A stretch of DNA of 64,000 nucleotides from Heptranchias perlo (GCF_035084215.1 NW_027138903.1:558001-622000), one strand, 5' to 3'; positions 43,307-55,801 are shown, numbered from the stretch's first letter. A program made the numbers and translations. Notes: generated by a model not told the origin, from the letters alone.

Positions 43307-43570
43307 TGTTCTCCTTAGAGCAGAGACGGTTGTGAGGAGATTTGATAGAGGCATTCAAAATCATGAAGGGTCTGGAATGCACTGCCCGGGGGGGTGGTGG
43401 AGGCAGATTCAATCGTGACCTTCAAAAGGGGACTGGATAGGTACTTGAAGCGAAAAAAATGTGCAGGGCTACGGGGATAGGGCGGGCAAGTGAGACTAGC
43501 TGGATTGTTCGTGTTTTGAGCAGGCACGATGGGCCGACTGGCATCCTTCCGTGATGTAACCATTCTATGA
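43307..43570 (+). mobile_element. CR1 LINE 3' half (internally deleted); continuation of the 46704-47229 fragment
   Basis: Encodes FSLEQRRL*GDLIEAFKIMKG and ends in a CR1-type 3' tail (GATGGGCCGA...CCATTCTATGA). Confidence 0.85.
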
Positions 43571-44854
43571 GTCCAGTGTCTCCCAGTAATGTGATGTTCA
43601 GTGATACTGATCGTCACTGTCCGGGGTCTCCCAATAATGTGATGTTCAGTGATACTGATCGTCACTGTCCGGGGTCTCCCAGTAATGTGATGTTCAGTGA
43701 TACTGATCGTCACTGTCCGGGGTCTCCCAGTAATGTGATGTTCAGTGATACTGATCGTCACTGTCCGGGGTCTCCCAGTAATGTGATGTTCAGTGATACT
43801 GATCGTCACTGTCCGGGGTCTCCCAGTAATGTGATGTTCAGTGATACTGATCGTCACTGTCCGGGGTCTCCCAGTAATGTGATGTTCAGTGATACTGATC
43901 GTCACTGTCCGGGGTCTCCCAGTAATGTGATGCTCAGTGATACTGATCGTCACTGTCCGGGGTCTCCCAGTAATGTGATGTTCAGTGATACTGATCGTCA
44001 CTGTCCGGGGTCTCCCAGTAATGTGATGTTCAGTGATACTGATCGTCACTGTCCGGGGTCTCCCAGTAATGTGATGTTCAGTGATACTGATCGTCACTGT
44101 CCGGGGTCTCCCAGTGATGTGATGTTCAGTGATACTGATCGTCACTGTCCAGGGTCTCCCAGTAATGTGTGATGTTCAGTGATACTGATCGTCACTGTCC
44201 GGGGTCTCCCAGTAATGTGATGTTCAGTGATACTGATCGTCACTGTCCGGGGTCTCCCAGTAATGTGTGATGTTCAGTGATACTGATCGTCATGCCCCAG
44301 GGTCTCCCAGTAATGTGTGATGTTCAGTGATACTGATCGTCACTGTCGAGGGTCTTCCAGTAATGTGTGATGTTCAGTGATACTGATCGTCACTGTCCAG
44401 GGTCTCCCAGTAATGTGTGATGTTCAGTGATACTGATCGTCACTGTCCAGGGTCTCCCAGTAATGTGTGATGTTCAGTGATACTGATCGTCACTGTCCGG
44501 GGTCTCCCAGTAATGTGATGTTCAGTGATACTGATCGTCACTGTCCAGGGTCTCCCAGTAATGTGTGATGTTCAGTGATACTGATCGTCACTGTCCGGGG
44601 TCTCCCAGTAATGTGATGTTCAGTGATACTGATCGTCACTGTCCAGGGTCTCCCAGTGATGTGATGTTCAGTGATACTGATCGTCACTGTCCGGGGTCTC
44701 CCAGTGATGTGATGTTCAGTGATACTGATCGTCACTGTCCGGGGTCTCCCAGTAATGTGATGTTCAGTGATACTGATCGTCACGCCCCAGGGTCTCCCAG
44801 TAATGTGTGATGTTCAATGATACTGATCGTCACGCCCCAGGGTCTCCCTGTAAT
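43571..44854 (-). repeat. 48-bp (some 50-bp) minisatellite, inverted relative to 47230-49935
   Basis: Unit AGTAATGTGATGTTCAGTGATACTGATCGTCACTGTCCGGGGTCTCCC. Remnant units at 45472-45493 and 46061-46137. Confidence 0.95.
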
Positions 44855-45471
44855 ATGATGTGGAGATGCCGGTGATGGACTGGGGTGGACAAATGTAAGG
44901 AATCTTACAACACCAGGTTATGGTCCAACAAATTTATTTTAAAATCACAAGCTTTCGGAGATTATCCCCTTCGTCAGGTGAATGAGTGAAAGGTTCTCAA
45001 ATCGCATATCTTATTTTAGGCTGGGACACCATCACACCAATCAAAAGGTGTCGTTGGTGTTCAGACAGATTAGCCACGGAGAACAGTACGTCCCAGTACA
45101 CTGAATATACATTGTTTCAAATTATACAGACAGAGAGAAAGAGACCCAAATGACAGAGAGAGAGAGAGAGAGAGAATATTAAAAACAGATAACTTTTTTT
45201 TCCCTTTGCTGGTGGGGTTACGTGTAGCGTGACATGAACCCAAGATCCCGGTTGAGGCCGTCCTCATGGGTGCGGAACTTGGCTATCAGTTTCTGCTCGA
45301 CGATTTTGCGTTGTCGTGTGTCTCGAAGGCCGCCTTGGAGAACGCTTACCCGAAGATCGGTGGCTGAATGTCCTTGACTGCTAAAGTGTTCCCCGACTGG
45401 GAGGGAACCCTCCTGTCTGGCGATTGTTGCGCGGTGTCCGTTCATCCGTTGTCGATGTCCGTTCATCCGTT
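44855..45471 (-). mobile_element. Penelope-like retroelement 3' fragment (GIY-YIG endonuclease C-terminus plus terminal region)
   Basis: Minus-strand ORF RQRMNGHRATI...LPVGEHFSSQGHS...RKIVEQKLIAKFRTHEDGLNRD matches PLE GIY-YIG C-terminal motifs. A hammerhead motif follows downstream. Confidence 0.85.
44945..44981 (-). ncRNA. Minimal type-I hammerhead ribozyme motif (PLE-associated)
   Basis: Minus strand reads UCAC-CUGACGA-A-GGGGA UAA UCUCC-GAA-AGCU-U-GUGA. It has both conserved core boxes, stem I UCAC/GUGA, a stem II hairpin and a palindromic stem III. Confidence 0.7.
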
Positions 45472-45493
45472 AGTAATGTGATGCTCAGTGATA

Positions 45494-46060
45494 CCACATC
45501 TAGAATGCTGTGTGCAGTTTTGATCTCCTTATTTACGAAAGGACATAATTGCTTTGGAGGCGGTTCAGAGAAGGTTCACTCGACTGATTCCTGGGATGAG
45601 GGGGTTATCTTATGAGGAAAGGTTGGACAAGTTGGGCCTGTATACACTGGAGTTTAGAAGAATGAGAGGGATCTTATTGAAACATATAAGATCCTGAGGG
45701 GACTTGAATGGGTAGATGCTGAGAGGATGTTTCCCCTTGTGGGAGAGACTAGAACTAGGGGCCACAGTTTAAAAATAAGGGGTCTCCCATTTAAGACGGA
45801 GATGAGGAGAAATTTTTTCTCTCTGAGGGTCGTGAGTCTGTGGAACTCCCTTCCCCAGAGAGCGGTGGAGGCAGGGTCATTGAATATTTTTAAGGCTGAG
45901 TTAGATAGATTCCTGATTAACAAGGGAGTCAAAGATTATAGTAGGTAGACGGGAAAGTAGAGTTGAGGTCACAATCAGATCAGTCATGATCTTATCAAAT
46001 AGCAGAGCAGGCTCGAGGGGTCGAATGGCCTACTCCTGCTCTTAATTTGTATATTCGTAT
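45494..46060 (+). mobile_element. CR1 LINE 3' fragment
   Basis: MFPLVGETRTRGHSLKIRG...RRNFFSLRVVSLWNSLP plus a 3' UTR similar to that of the 3698-4706 family. Confidence 0.92.
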
Positions 46061-46107
46061 GACACTGCTCAGGGTTTCCCAGTAATGGGATGTTCAATTA
46101 TACTGAC

Positions 46108-46695
46108 TGTCACAGTCCAGGGTCTCCCAGTAATGTGCGGTGGAACTTCTGACCATTACATCTGCTGTCACAAATGCTCAATTTAAAACCACGCTCAAAA
46201 CTAAACTAGTTATAATTGAGGAATTTCTCGATAATGAAATGTAAGTGTGTTGCAGCTGGTCAATGGCAGACTTTGCCATTTCCAGCACCCTGTCTGAGTA
46301 TTGCAGAGTCCTAGGTAAGTTGCAGAGTAAAGGTTTCACTATACCTTCTGACCCTCAGGAAACGACCTTGTACCATCACAACGTGACAGCTCCTGTATCA
46401 CCCCAGCATCCCTTCAGTTTAATGCTGTAGGCTTTCAGGAACTGTGCTGAGACTGCCCATACTCATTTTATGTGGGACCCTTCCACCCTGTGACTTTCAT
46501 CCCACCAAATCTGGGCTTCATTGGAACCCAGTTCCCATTAGCCCACTGCCTTCTGTTCTACAGGCCACCAGCCCAGAATTGCTGCTGGTCAAATAGACAA
46601 ATGCTTGTGTTGATACAACATTTCTGCCTGTTGGGGCTTAACCTATGTATTTGAAACTAGCAGTTACCCCACAGCACTGCACTCGGGGACCCAGG
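46108..46695 (-). repeat. Right arm of the inverted duplication
   Basis: Reverse complement of 42725-43298 with scattered substitutions and two small indels. Confidence 0.93.
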
Positions 46696-46703
46696 GGTAT
46701 GGC

Positions 46704-47229
46704 GAACAACCCCAGCTTCTTCAGTCTATCCAAGTAACTGAAGTCCCTCATCCCTGGAACCATTCTAATAAATCTTCTCTGCACCCTCTCTAAGGCCTTC
46801 ACATCCTTCCTAAAGTGCAGTGCCCAGAATTTGACACAATACTCCAGTTTTGGCAGAACCAGTGTTTTATAAAGGTTCATCATGACTTCCTTGCTTTTGT
46901 ACTCTATGTCTCTATTTAAAAAGCCCAGGATCCCGTATGCTTTTTTAACGGCTTTCTCAACCTGCCCTGCCACCTTCAACGATTTGTGCGGTCAAGTCTC
47001 CTTGTTCCTGCAACCCTTTTAGAATTGTACCCTTTAGTTCATATTGCCGCCCCTCGCAACCAAAATGTATCACTTCGCACTTCTCTGTGTTAAATTTAAT
47101 GGGCCAAGTGTCCGCCCAGCCTGTCTATGTCCTCTTGAAGTCTATCACTATCTTCCTTACTGTTCACTATACTTCTAAGTTTTGTATCATCTGCAAATTT
47201 TGAAATTGCCCTGCACACCCAAGTACAAG
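46704..47229 (-). mobile_element. CR1 LINE fragment (RT FADD motif to ...KKLGLF), 3' part missing here
   Basis: Minus-strand translation [10 protein letters not shown]...LYKTLVLPKLEYCVKFW...ALERVQRRFIRMVPG...KKLGLF. Confidence 0.92.
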
Positions 47230-49935
47230 TATCACTGAATATCACATTACTGAGACACCCTGGGGCATGATGATCAGTGTCATTAAACATCACATTACTG
47301 GGAGACCCTGGACAGTGACGATCAGTATCACTGAACATCACATCACTGGGAGACCCTGGACAGTGACGATCAGTATCACTGAACATCACATTACTGGGAG
47401 ACCCTGGACAGTGACGATCAGTATCACTGAACATCACATTACTGGGAGACCCTGGACAGTGACGATCAGTATCACTGAACATCACACATTACTGGGAGAC
47501 CCTGGACAGTGACGATCAGTATCACTGAACATCACATTACTGGGACACCCTAGAGCATGATGATCAGTGTCATTAAACATCACATTATTGGGAGACCCTG
47601 GACAGTGACGATCAGTATCACTGAACAATAAATTACTGGGAGACCCTGGACAGTGACGATCAGTATCACTGAACATCACATTACTGGGAGACCCTGGACA
47701 GTGACGATCAGTATCACTGAACATCACATTATTGGGAGACCCTGGACAGTGACGATCAGTATCACTGAACATCACATTATTGGGAGACCCTGGACAGTGA
47801 CGATCAGTATCACTGAACATCACATTACTGGGAGACCCTGGACAGTGACGATCAGTATCACCGAACATCACATTACTGGGAGACCCTGGACAGTGACGAT
47901 CAGTATCACCGAACATCACATTACTGGGAGACCCTGGACAGTGACGATCAGTATCACTGAACATCACATTATTGGGAGACCCTGGACAGTGACGATCAGT
48001 ATCACTGAACATCACATTATTGGGAGACCCTGGACAGTGACGATCAGTATCACCGAACATCACATTACTGGGAGACCCTGGACAGTGACGATCAGTATCA
48101 CTGAACATCACATTATTGGGAGACCCTGGACAGTGACGATCAGTATCACTGAACATCACATTATTGGGAGACCCTGGACAGTGACGATCAGTATCACTGA
48201 ACATCACATTACTGGGAGACCCTGGACAGTGACGATCAGTATCACTGAACATCACATTACTGGGAGACCCTGGACAGTGACGATCAGTATCACTGAACAT
48301 CACATTATTGGGAGACCCTGGACAGTGACGATCAGTATCACTGAACATCACATTATTGGGAGACCCTGGACAGTGACGATCAGTATCACTGAACATCACA
48401 TTACTGGGAGACCCTGGACAGTGACGATCAGTATCACTGAACATCACATTACTGGGAGACCCTGGACAGTGACGATCAGTATCACTGAACATCACATTAC
48501 TGGGAGACCCTGGACAGTGACGATCAGTATCACTGAACATCACATTACTGGGAGACCCTGGACAGTGATGATCAGTATCACTGAACATCACATTATTGGG
48601 AGACCCTGGACAGTGACGATCAATATCACTGAACATCACATTACTGGGAGACCCCGGACAGTGACGATCAGTATCACTGAACATCACATTACTGGGAGAC
48701 CCTGGACAGTGACGATCAGTATCACTGAACATCACATTACTGGGACACCCTGGACAGTGACGATCAGTATCACTGAACATCACATTACTGGGAGACCCTG
48801 GACAGTGACGATCAGTATCACTGAACATCACATTACAGGGTGACCCTGGACAGTGACGATCAATAACACTGAACATCACATTACTGGGAGGCCCTGGACA
48901 GTGACGATCAGTATCACTGAACAATAAATTACTGGGAGACCCTGGACAGGGACGATCAGTATCACTGAACATCACATTACAGGGAGACCCTGGACAGTGA
49001 CGATCAGTATCACCGAACATCACATTAGTGGGAGACCCTGGACAGTGACGATCAGTATCGCTGAACATCACATTACTAGGAGACCCTGGACAGTGACGAT
49101 CAGTATCACCGAACATCACATTAGTGGGAGACCCTGGACAGTGACGATCAGTATCGCTGAACATCACATTACTGGGAGACCCTGGACAGTGACGATCAGT
49201 ATCACTGAACATCACATTACAGGGAGACCCTGGACAGTGACGATCAGTATCACCGAACATCACATTAGTGGGAGACCCTGGACAGTGACGATCAGTATCA
49301 CCGAACATCACATTACTGGGAGGCCCTGGACAGTGACGATCAGTATCACTGAACAATAAATTACTGGGAGACCCTGGACAGTGACGATCAGTATCACTGA
49401 ACATCACATTACTGGGAGACCCTGGACAGTGACGATCAGTATCACTGAACATCACATTACTGGGAGACCCTGGACAGTGACGATCAGTATCACCGAACAT
49501 CACATTACTGGGAGACCCTGGACAGTGACGATCAGTATCACCGAACATCACATTACTGGGAGACCCTGGACAGTGACGATCAGTATCACCGAACATCACA
49601 TTACTGGGAGACCCTGGACAGTGACGATCAGTATCACTGAACATCACATTACTGGGAGACCCTGGACAGTGACGATCAGTATCACTGAACATCACATTAT
49701 TGGGAGACCCTGGACAGTGACGATCAGTATCACTGAACATCACATTACTGGGAGACCCTGGACAGTGACGATCAGTATCACTGAACATCACATTATTGGG
49801 AGACCCTGGACAGTGACGATCAGTATCACTGAACATCACATTACTGGGAGACCCTGGACAGTGACGATCAATAACACTGAACATCACACATTACCAGTAT
49901 CACTGAACATCACATTACTGGGAGACCCTGGACAG
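47230..49935 (+). repeat. 48-bp minisatellite, main array
   Basis: Unit CATTACTGGGAGACCCTGGACAGTGACGATCAGTATCACTGAACATCA. Confidence 0.97.
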
Positions 49936-51006
49936 TATAACTATAGTCTGAGAGTGCGATCACAGGGGCAAACTCTGCACAGTATAACTGCAGTCTGGAA
50001 TTGAGATCACAGGGCGAAACGGTATACAGTATAACTACATTCTTAGTTTGAGATAGGATTAAACAGTGTAAACTATAACTATAGTCTGAGAGTGAGATAA
50101 CAGGGTTAAACCGTGTACAGTATAACTACAGTCTGAGAGTGAGAACAGTGTTAAACCGTGTACAGTATAACTACAGTGTGGAAGTGAGATCGCAGGGTTA
50201 AACATGTACAGTATATCTGCAGTCTGAGACTGTGAACACAGGGTTAAAGAGCAAATTGTATAATTTCAACCTGGGAGTGAGATCACAGGGTTAAACAGTG
50301 TACACTATAACTACAGTCTGAGAGTGAGATCACAGGGTTAAACAGTGTACACTATAACTACAGTCTGAGAGTGAGATCACAGGGTTAAACAGTGTACACT
50401 ATAACTACAGTCTGAGAGTGAGATCACAGGGTTAAACAGTGTACACTATAACTACAGTCTGAGAGTGAGATCACAGGGTTAAACAGTGTACACTATAACT
50501 ACAGTCTGAGAGTGAGATCACAGGGTTAAACAGTGTACACTATAACTACAGTCTGAGAGTGAGATCACAGGGTTAAACAGTGTACACTATAACTACAGTC
50601 TGAGAGTGAGATCACAGGGTTAAACAGTGTACACTATAACTACAGTCTGAGAGTGAGATCACAGGGTTAAACAGTGTACACTATAACTACAGTCTGAGAG
50701 TGAGATCACAGGGTTTAACAGAGTACAGTAGAATTATAGTCTGAGAGTGAGATCACAGGGTTTAACAGAGTACAGTAGAATTATAGTCTGAGAGTGAGAT
50801 CACAGGGTTTAACAGAGTACAGTAGAATTATAGTCTGAGAATGAGTTCACAGGTCTAATCAGTGTACAGTATAAGTACAGTCTAAGACTGAGATCACAGG
50901 ATTAAACTGTGCACAGTATAATTACTATCTGGGTGAGATGACAGGGTTAAACAGTGTGCAGTGTATCTACCGTCTGAGACTGAGATCACAGGGTTAAACC
51001 GTGTAC
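49936..51006 (+). repeat. 47-bp minisatellite, left block
   Basis: Unit CAGGGTTAAACAGTGTACACTATAACTACAGTCTGAGAGTGAGATCA, homogeneous in the centre and degenerate at the edges. Confidence 0.95.
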
Positions 51007-51270
51007 TTTTTTTAAAATTTGTTCATGGGATGTGGGCATTGCTGGCGAGGCCAGCATTTATTGCCCATCCCTGATTGCCCTTGAGAAGGTGGTGGTGAGC
51101 TGCCTTCTTGAACCGCAGCAGTCCGTGTGGTGAAGGTTCTCCCACAGTGCTGTCAGTTAGGGAGTTCCAGGATTTTGACCCAGTGACGATGAAGGAACGG
51201 CGATATATTTCCAAGTCGGTATGGTGTGTGACTTGGAGGGGAACGTGCTGGTGGTGTTGTTCCCATGTTG

Positions 51271-51680
51271 CTTCACCACACGGACTGCAGCGGTTCAAGA
51301 AGGCGGCTCACCACCACCTTTTCAAGGGCAATTAGGGATGGGCAATAAATGCCGGCCTCGTCAGCGACGCCCACATTCCATGAACAAATAAAAAAAAAGT
51401 ACACAGTTTAACCCTGTGATCTCAGTCTCAGACGGTAGATACACTGCACACTGTTTAACCCTGTGATCTCACTTTCAGACTGTAGTTATACTGTACAAAG
51501 TTTACCCTATGATCTCACTGCCAGACTGTAGTTATACTGTTCACTGTTTAACCCTGTGATCTCACTCACAGATTGTAGCTATGCTCTTCACTGTTTAACC
51601 CTATGATCTCACTCCCAGACTAGTTATACTGTACATAATTTAACCCTGTGATCTCACTCTCAGACTGTAGCTATACTGTA
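51271..51680. repeat. Inverted copy of the LINE tail plus inverted 47-bp array units
   Basis: 51271-51472 is the reverse complement of 50933-51135, and further inverted 47-bp units run to ~51680. Confidence 0.88.
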
Positions 51681-51687
51681 ACAAAAT

Positions 51688-52182
51688 TTATATATCAATG
51701 ATTTGGATGAGGGAACTAAATGTAACATTTCCAAGTTTGCAGACGACACAAAGCTGGGGTGGAATGTGAGCTATGAGGATGATGCAAAGAGGCTCCAATG
51801 TGATTTAGACAAGTTGGGTGAGTGGGCAAGAACATGGCAGATGCAGTATAACGTGGATAAATGTGAGGTTATCCACTTTGGTTGTAAAAACAGAAAGGCA
51901 GATTATTATCTGAATGGTGATAGATTGGGAAAAGGGGAGGTGCATTGAGACCTGGATGTCCTTGTACACCAGTCGCTGAAAGCGAGCATTCAGGTGCAGC
52001 AAGCAGTTAGGAAGGCGAATGGTATGTTGGCCTTCATTGCAAGAGGATTTGAGTACAGGAGCAGGGATGTCTTACTGCAATTATACGGGGCCTTGGTGAG
52101 ACCACATCTGGAGTATTGTGTGCAGTTTGGCTCTCCTTATCTGAGGAAGGATGTCCTTGCCATGGAGGCAGTACAACGAAGG
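51688..52182 (+). mobile_element. CR1 LINE internal fragment truncated at both ends
   Basis: YINDLDEG...[10 protein letters not shown]...LVRPHLEYCVQF...MEAVQRR; no 3' tail. Confidence 0.9.
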
Positions 52183-52260
52183 TGCTGCTCTTGTCCTTCT
52201 AGGTGGTAGAGGTCACGGGTTTGGGAGGTGCTGTCGAAGAAGCCTTAGCGAGTTGCTGCA

Positions 52261-53718
52261 GTGCCTGAAGATTGGAGGGTAGCAAATGTTGTGCCTTTGT
52301 TTAAGAAGGGCGGCAGGGAAAAGCCTGGGAACTACAGACCAGTGAGCCTGACATCTGTAGTGGGTAAGTTGTTAGAGGGTATTCTGAGAGACAGGATCTA
52401 CAGGCATTTGGAGAGGCAGGGACTGATTAGGAACAGTCAGCATGGTTTTGTGAGAGGAAAATCATGTCTCACGAATTTGATTGAGTTTTTTGAAGGGGTA
52501 ACCAAGAAGATAGATGAGGGCTGTGCAGTAGACGTGGTCTACATGGACTTTAGCAAAGCCTTTGACAAGGTACCGCATGGTAGGTTGTTACATAAGGTTA
52601 AATCTCACGGGATCCAAGGTGAGGTAGCCAATTGGATACAAAATTGGATTGACGACAGAAGACAGAGGGTGGTTGTAGAGGGTTGTTTTTCAAACTGGAG
52701 GCCTGTGACCAGCGGTGTGCCTCAGGGATCGGTGCTGGGTCCGCTGTTATTTGTTATTTATATTAATGATTTGGATGAGAATTTAGGAGGCATGGTTAGT
52801 AAGTTTGCAGATGACACCAAGATTGGTGGCATTGTGGACAGTGAAGAAGGTTATCTAGGATTGCAATGGGATCTTGATAAATTGGGCCAGTGGGCCGATG
52901 GAGTTTAATTTAGATAAATGTGAGGTGATGCATTTTGGTGGATCGAATCGGGCCAGGACCTACTCCGTTAATGGTAGGGCGTTGGGGAGAGTTATAGAAC
53001 AAAGAGATCTAGGAGTACAGGTTCATAGCTCCTTGAAAGTGGAGTCACAGGTGGATAGGGTGGTGAAGAAGGCATTCAGCATGCTTGGTTTCATTGGTCA
53101 GAACATTGAATACAGGAGTTGGGATGTCTTGTTAAAGTTGTACAAGACATTAGTAAGGCCACACTTGGAATACTGTGTACAGTTCTGGTCACCCGATTAT
53201 AGAAAGGATATTATTAAACTAGAAAGAGTGCAGAAAAGATTTACTAGGATGCTACCGGGACTTGATGGTTTGACTTATAGGGAGAGGTTGGATAGACTGA
53301 GACTTTTTTCCCTGGAGAGTAGGAGGTTTAGGGGTGATCTTATAGAAGTCTATAAAATAATGAGGGGCATAGATAAGGTCGATAGTCAAAATCTTTTCCC
53401 AAAGGTAGGGGAGTCTATAACGAGGGGGCATAGATTTAAGGTGAGAGGGGAGAGATACAAAAGGGTCCAGAGGGGCAATTTTTTCACTCAAAGGGTGGTG
53501 AGTGTCTGGAACGAGCTGCCAGAGGCAGTAGTAGTGGCGGGTACAATTTTGTCTTTTAAAAAGCATTTGGACAGTTACATGGGTAAGATGGGTATAGAGG
53601 GATATGGGCCAAGTGCAGGCAATTGGGACTAGCTTAGTGGTATAAACTGGGCGACATGGACATGTTGGGCCGAAGGGCCTGTTTCCATGTTGTAAACTTC
53701 TATGATTCTATGATTCTA
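52261..53718 (+). mobile_element. CR1 LINE (RT domain to 3' tail) nested in the minus-strand LINE
   Basis: [37 protein letters not shown]; one frameshift near 52900; (TTCTATGA)n tail. Confidence 0.95.
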
Positions 53719-55276
53719 TCCTGTGGATGGTACACACTGCAGCCACGGAGCGCCTGTGGTGAAGGGAGTGAATGTTTAGGGCGGTGGATGGGGTGCCAAT
53801 CAGTCGGGCTGCTTTGTCCTGGATGGTGTCGAGCTTCTTGAGTGTTGTCGGAGCTGCACTTATCCAGGCAAGTGGAGAGTATTCCATCATACTCCTGACT
53901 TGTGCCTTGTAGATGGTCGAAAGGCTTTGGGGAGTCAGGAGGTGAGTCACTCACCGCAGAATACATAGCCTCTGGTCTGCTCTTGTAGCCATAGTATGTA
54001 TATGGATGATCCAGTTAAGTTTCTGGTCAATGGTGACCCCCAGGATGTTGATGGTGGGGGATTCGGCGATGGTAATGCTGTTCAATGTCAAGGGGAGGTG
54101 GTTAGACTCTCTCTTGTTGGAGATGGTCATTGCCTGGCACTTGTCTGGCGCAAATGTTACTTGTCACTTATCAGCCGAAGCCTGGATGTTGTCCAGGTCT
54201 TGCTGCATGCGGGCTCGGACTGCTTCATTATTTGAGGGTTTATGCGAATGGAACTGAACACTGTGCAATCATCAGCGAACATCCCCATTTCTGACCTTAT
54301 GATGGAGGGAAGGTCATTGATGAAGCAGCAGAAGATGGTTGGGCCTAGGCCACTGCCCTGAGGAACTCCTGTAGCAATGTCCTGGGGCTGAGATGATTGG
54401 CCACCTTCCTTTGTGCTAGGTATGACTCCAGCCACTGGAGAGTTTTCCCCCTGATTCCCATTGACTTCAATTTTACTAGGGCTCCTTGGTGCCATACTCG
54501 GTCAAATGCCGCCTTGATGTCAAGGGCAGTCACTCTCACCTCATCTCTGGAATTCAGCTCTTTTGTCCATATTTGGACCAAGGCTGTAATGAGGTCTGGA
54601 GCCGAGTGGTCCTGGCGGAACCCAAACTTAGCATCAGTGAGCAGGTTATTGGTGAGTAAGTGCCACTTGATAGCACTTTCGACGACACCTTCCATCACTT
54701 TGCTGATGATTGAGAGTAGACTGATGGGGCGGTAATTGGCCGGATTGGATTTGTCCTGCTTTTTGTGGACAGAACATACCTGGGCAATTTTCCACATTGA
54801 CGGGTAGATGCCAGTGTTGTATCTGTACTGGAACAGCTTGGCTAGAGGCGCAGCTAGTTCTGGTGCACAAGTCTTCAGTACTACAGCCAGGATGTTGTTG
54901 GGGCCCATCGCCTTTGCTGTATCCAGTGCACTCAGCCGTTTCTTGATATCACGTGGAGTGAATCGAATTGGCTGAAGACTGGCTTCTGTGATGGTGGGGA
55001 TATCGGGAGGAGGCCGAGATGGATCATCCACTCAGCACTTCTGGCTGAAGATGGTTGCAAATGCTTCAGCCTTGTCTTTTGCACTCACGTGCTGGACTCC
55101 GCCATCATTGAGGATGGGGATGTTTACAGAGCCTCCTCCTCCCGTTAGTTGTTTAATTGTCCACCACCATTCACGACTGGATGTGGCAGGACTGCAGAGC
55201 TTTGATCTGATCCGTTGGTTGTGGAATCGCTTAGCTCTGTCCATAGCATGTTGCTTCCGCTGTTTAGCATGCATCT

Positions 55277-55640
55277 GCAACAACAGTCTGAGACTGAGAT
55301 CACAGGGTTAAACTGTGTACTGTGCAACTACAGTCTGAGTCTGAGAACACAGGCTTAAACAGAGCACAGTGTAACTCTGAGACTGAGAACACAGGGTTAA
55401 AGAACGTATAGTATAACTTCAGCCTGGGAGTGAGATCACAGGGTTAAACAACATACAGTATAACTACAGTCTGAGAGTGAGATTACAGGATTAAACATTG
55501 TACAGTGTCACTACAGTCTGAGAGTGAGATCACAGGGCTAAACAGTGAACAGTATAACTACAATCTGGGAGTGAGATCACGGGTTAAACAGTGAACAGTG
55601 TAACTACAGTCCGAGAGTGAGATCACAGGGTTAAACATTG
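55277..55640 (+). repeat. 47-bp minisatellite, right block
   Basis: Same unit and orientation as 49936-51006, more degenerate. Confidence 0.92.
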
Positions 55641-55801
55641 TATCGGATTGTAAGGTTTGTTACTCTGTTGTCTCCAGTCAATCTCCTGTGTCTGGGGTCG
55701 AGCCATTATATTGTAGACGGTACAGTGTCTGTGAGTGAAACCTTTTCTTGCATCATACTTACTGAGATCCTGTCATTCTCAGTTGATGCTCGTGTTTATG
55801 T

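Larger units (their letters stand above)
51007..55276 (-). mobile_element. Fragmented non-LTR retrotransposon (CR1/Jockey supergroup, distinct from the + strand CR1s); pieces 51007-51267, 52183-52264 and 53719-55276
   Basis: RT motifs NYRPISLLSIISKVME, ALDIKAAFDRVWH, GVPQGSGLGP, FADD, YKAQVRSMMEY with stops and frameshifts. The A-rich tail appears as a T-run at 51007. Inserted into the 47-bp array. Confidence 0.88.

Noticed and set aside
46256-46314. Exon-like segment (TTGCAG|...WSMADFAISSTLSEYCRVL|GTAAGT) in the duplicated arm
   Set aside because: Weak pyrimidine tract, no recognisable protein and no partner exons; it cannot be supported without transcripts.
43571-51006. CRISPR-like appearance of the regular 47/48-bp repeats
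   Set aside because: The units are contiguous with no unique spacers, there are no cas genes, and the context is vertebrate.
52261-53632. Active autonomous LINE or host reverse transcriptase gene
   Set aside because: 5'-truncated (no endonuclease or ORF1) and frameshifted near 52900.
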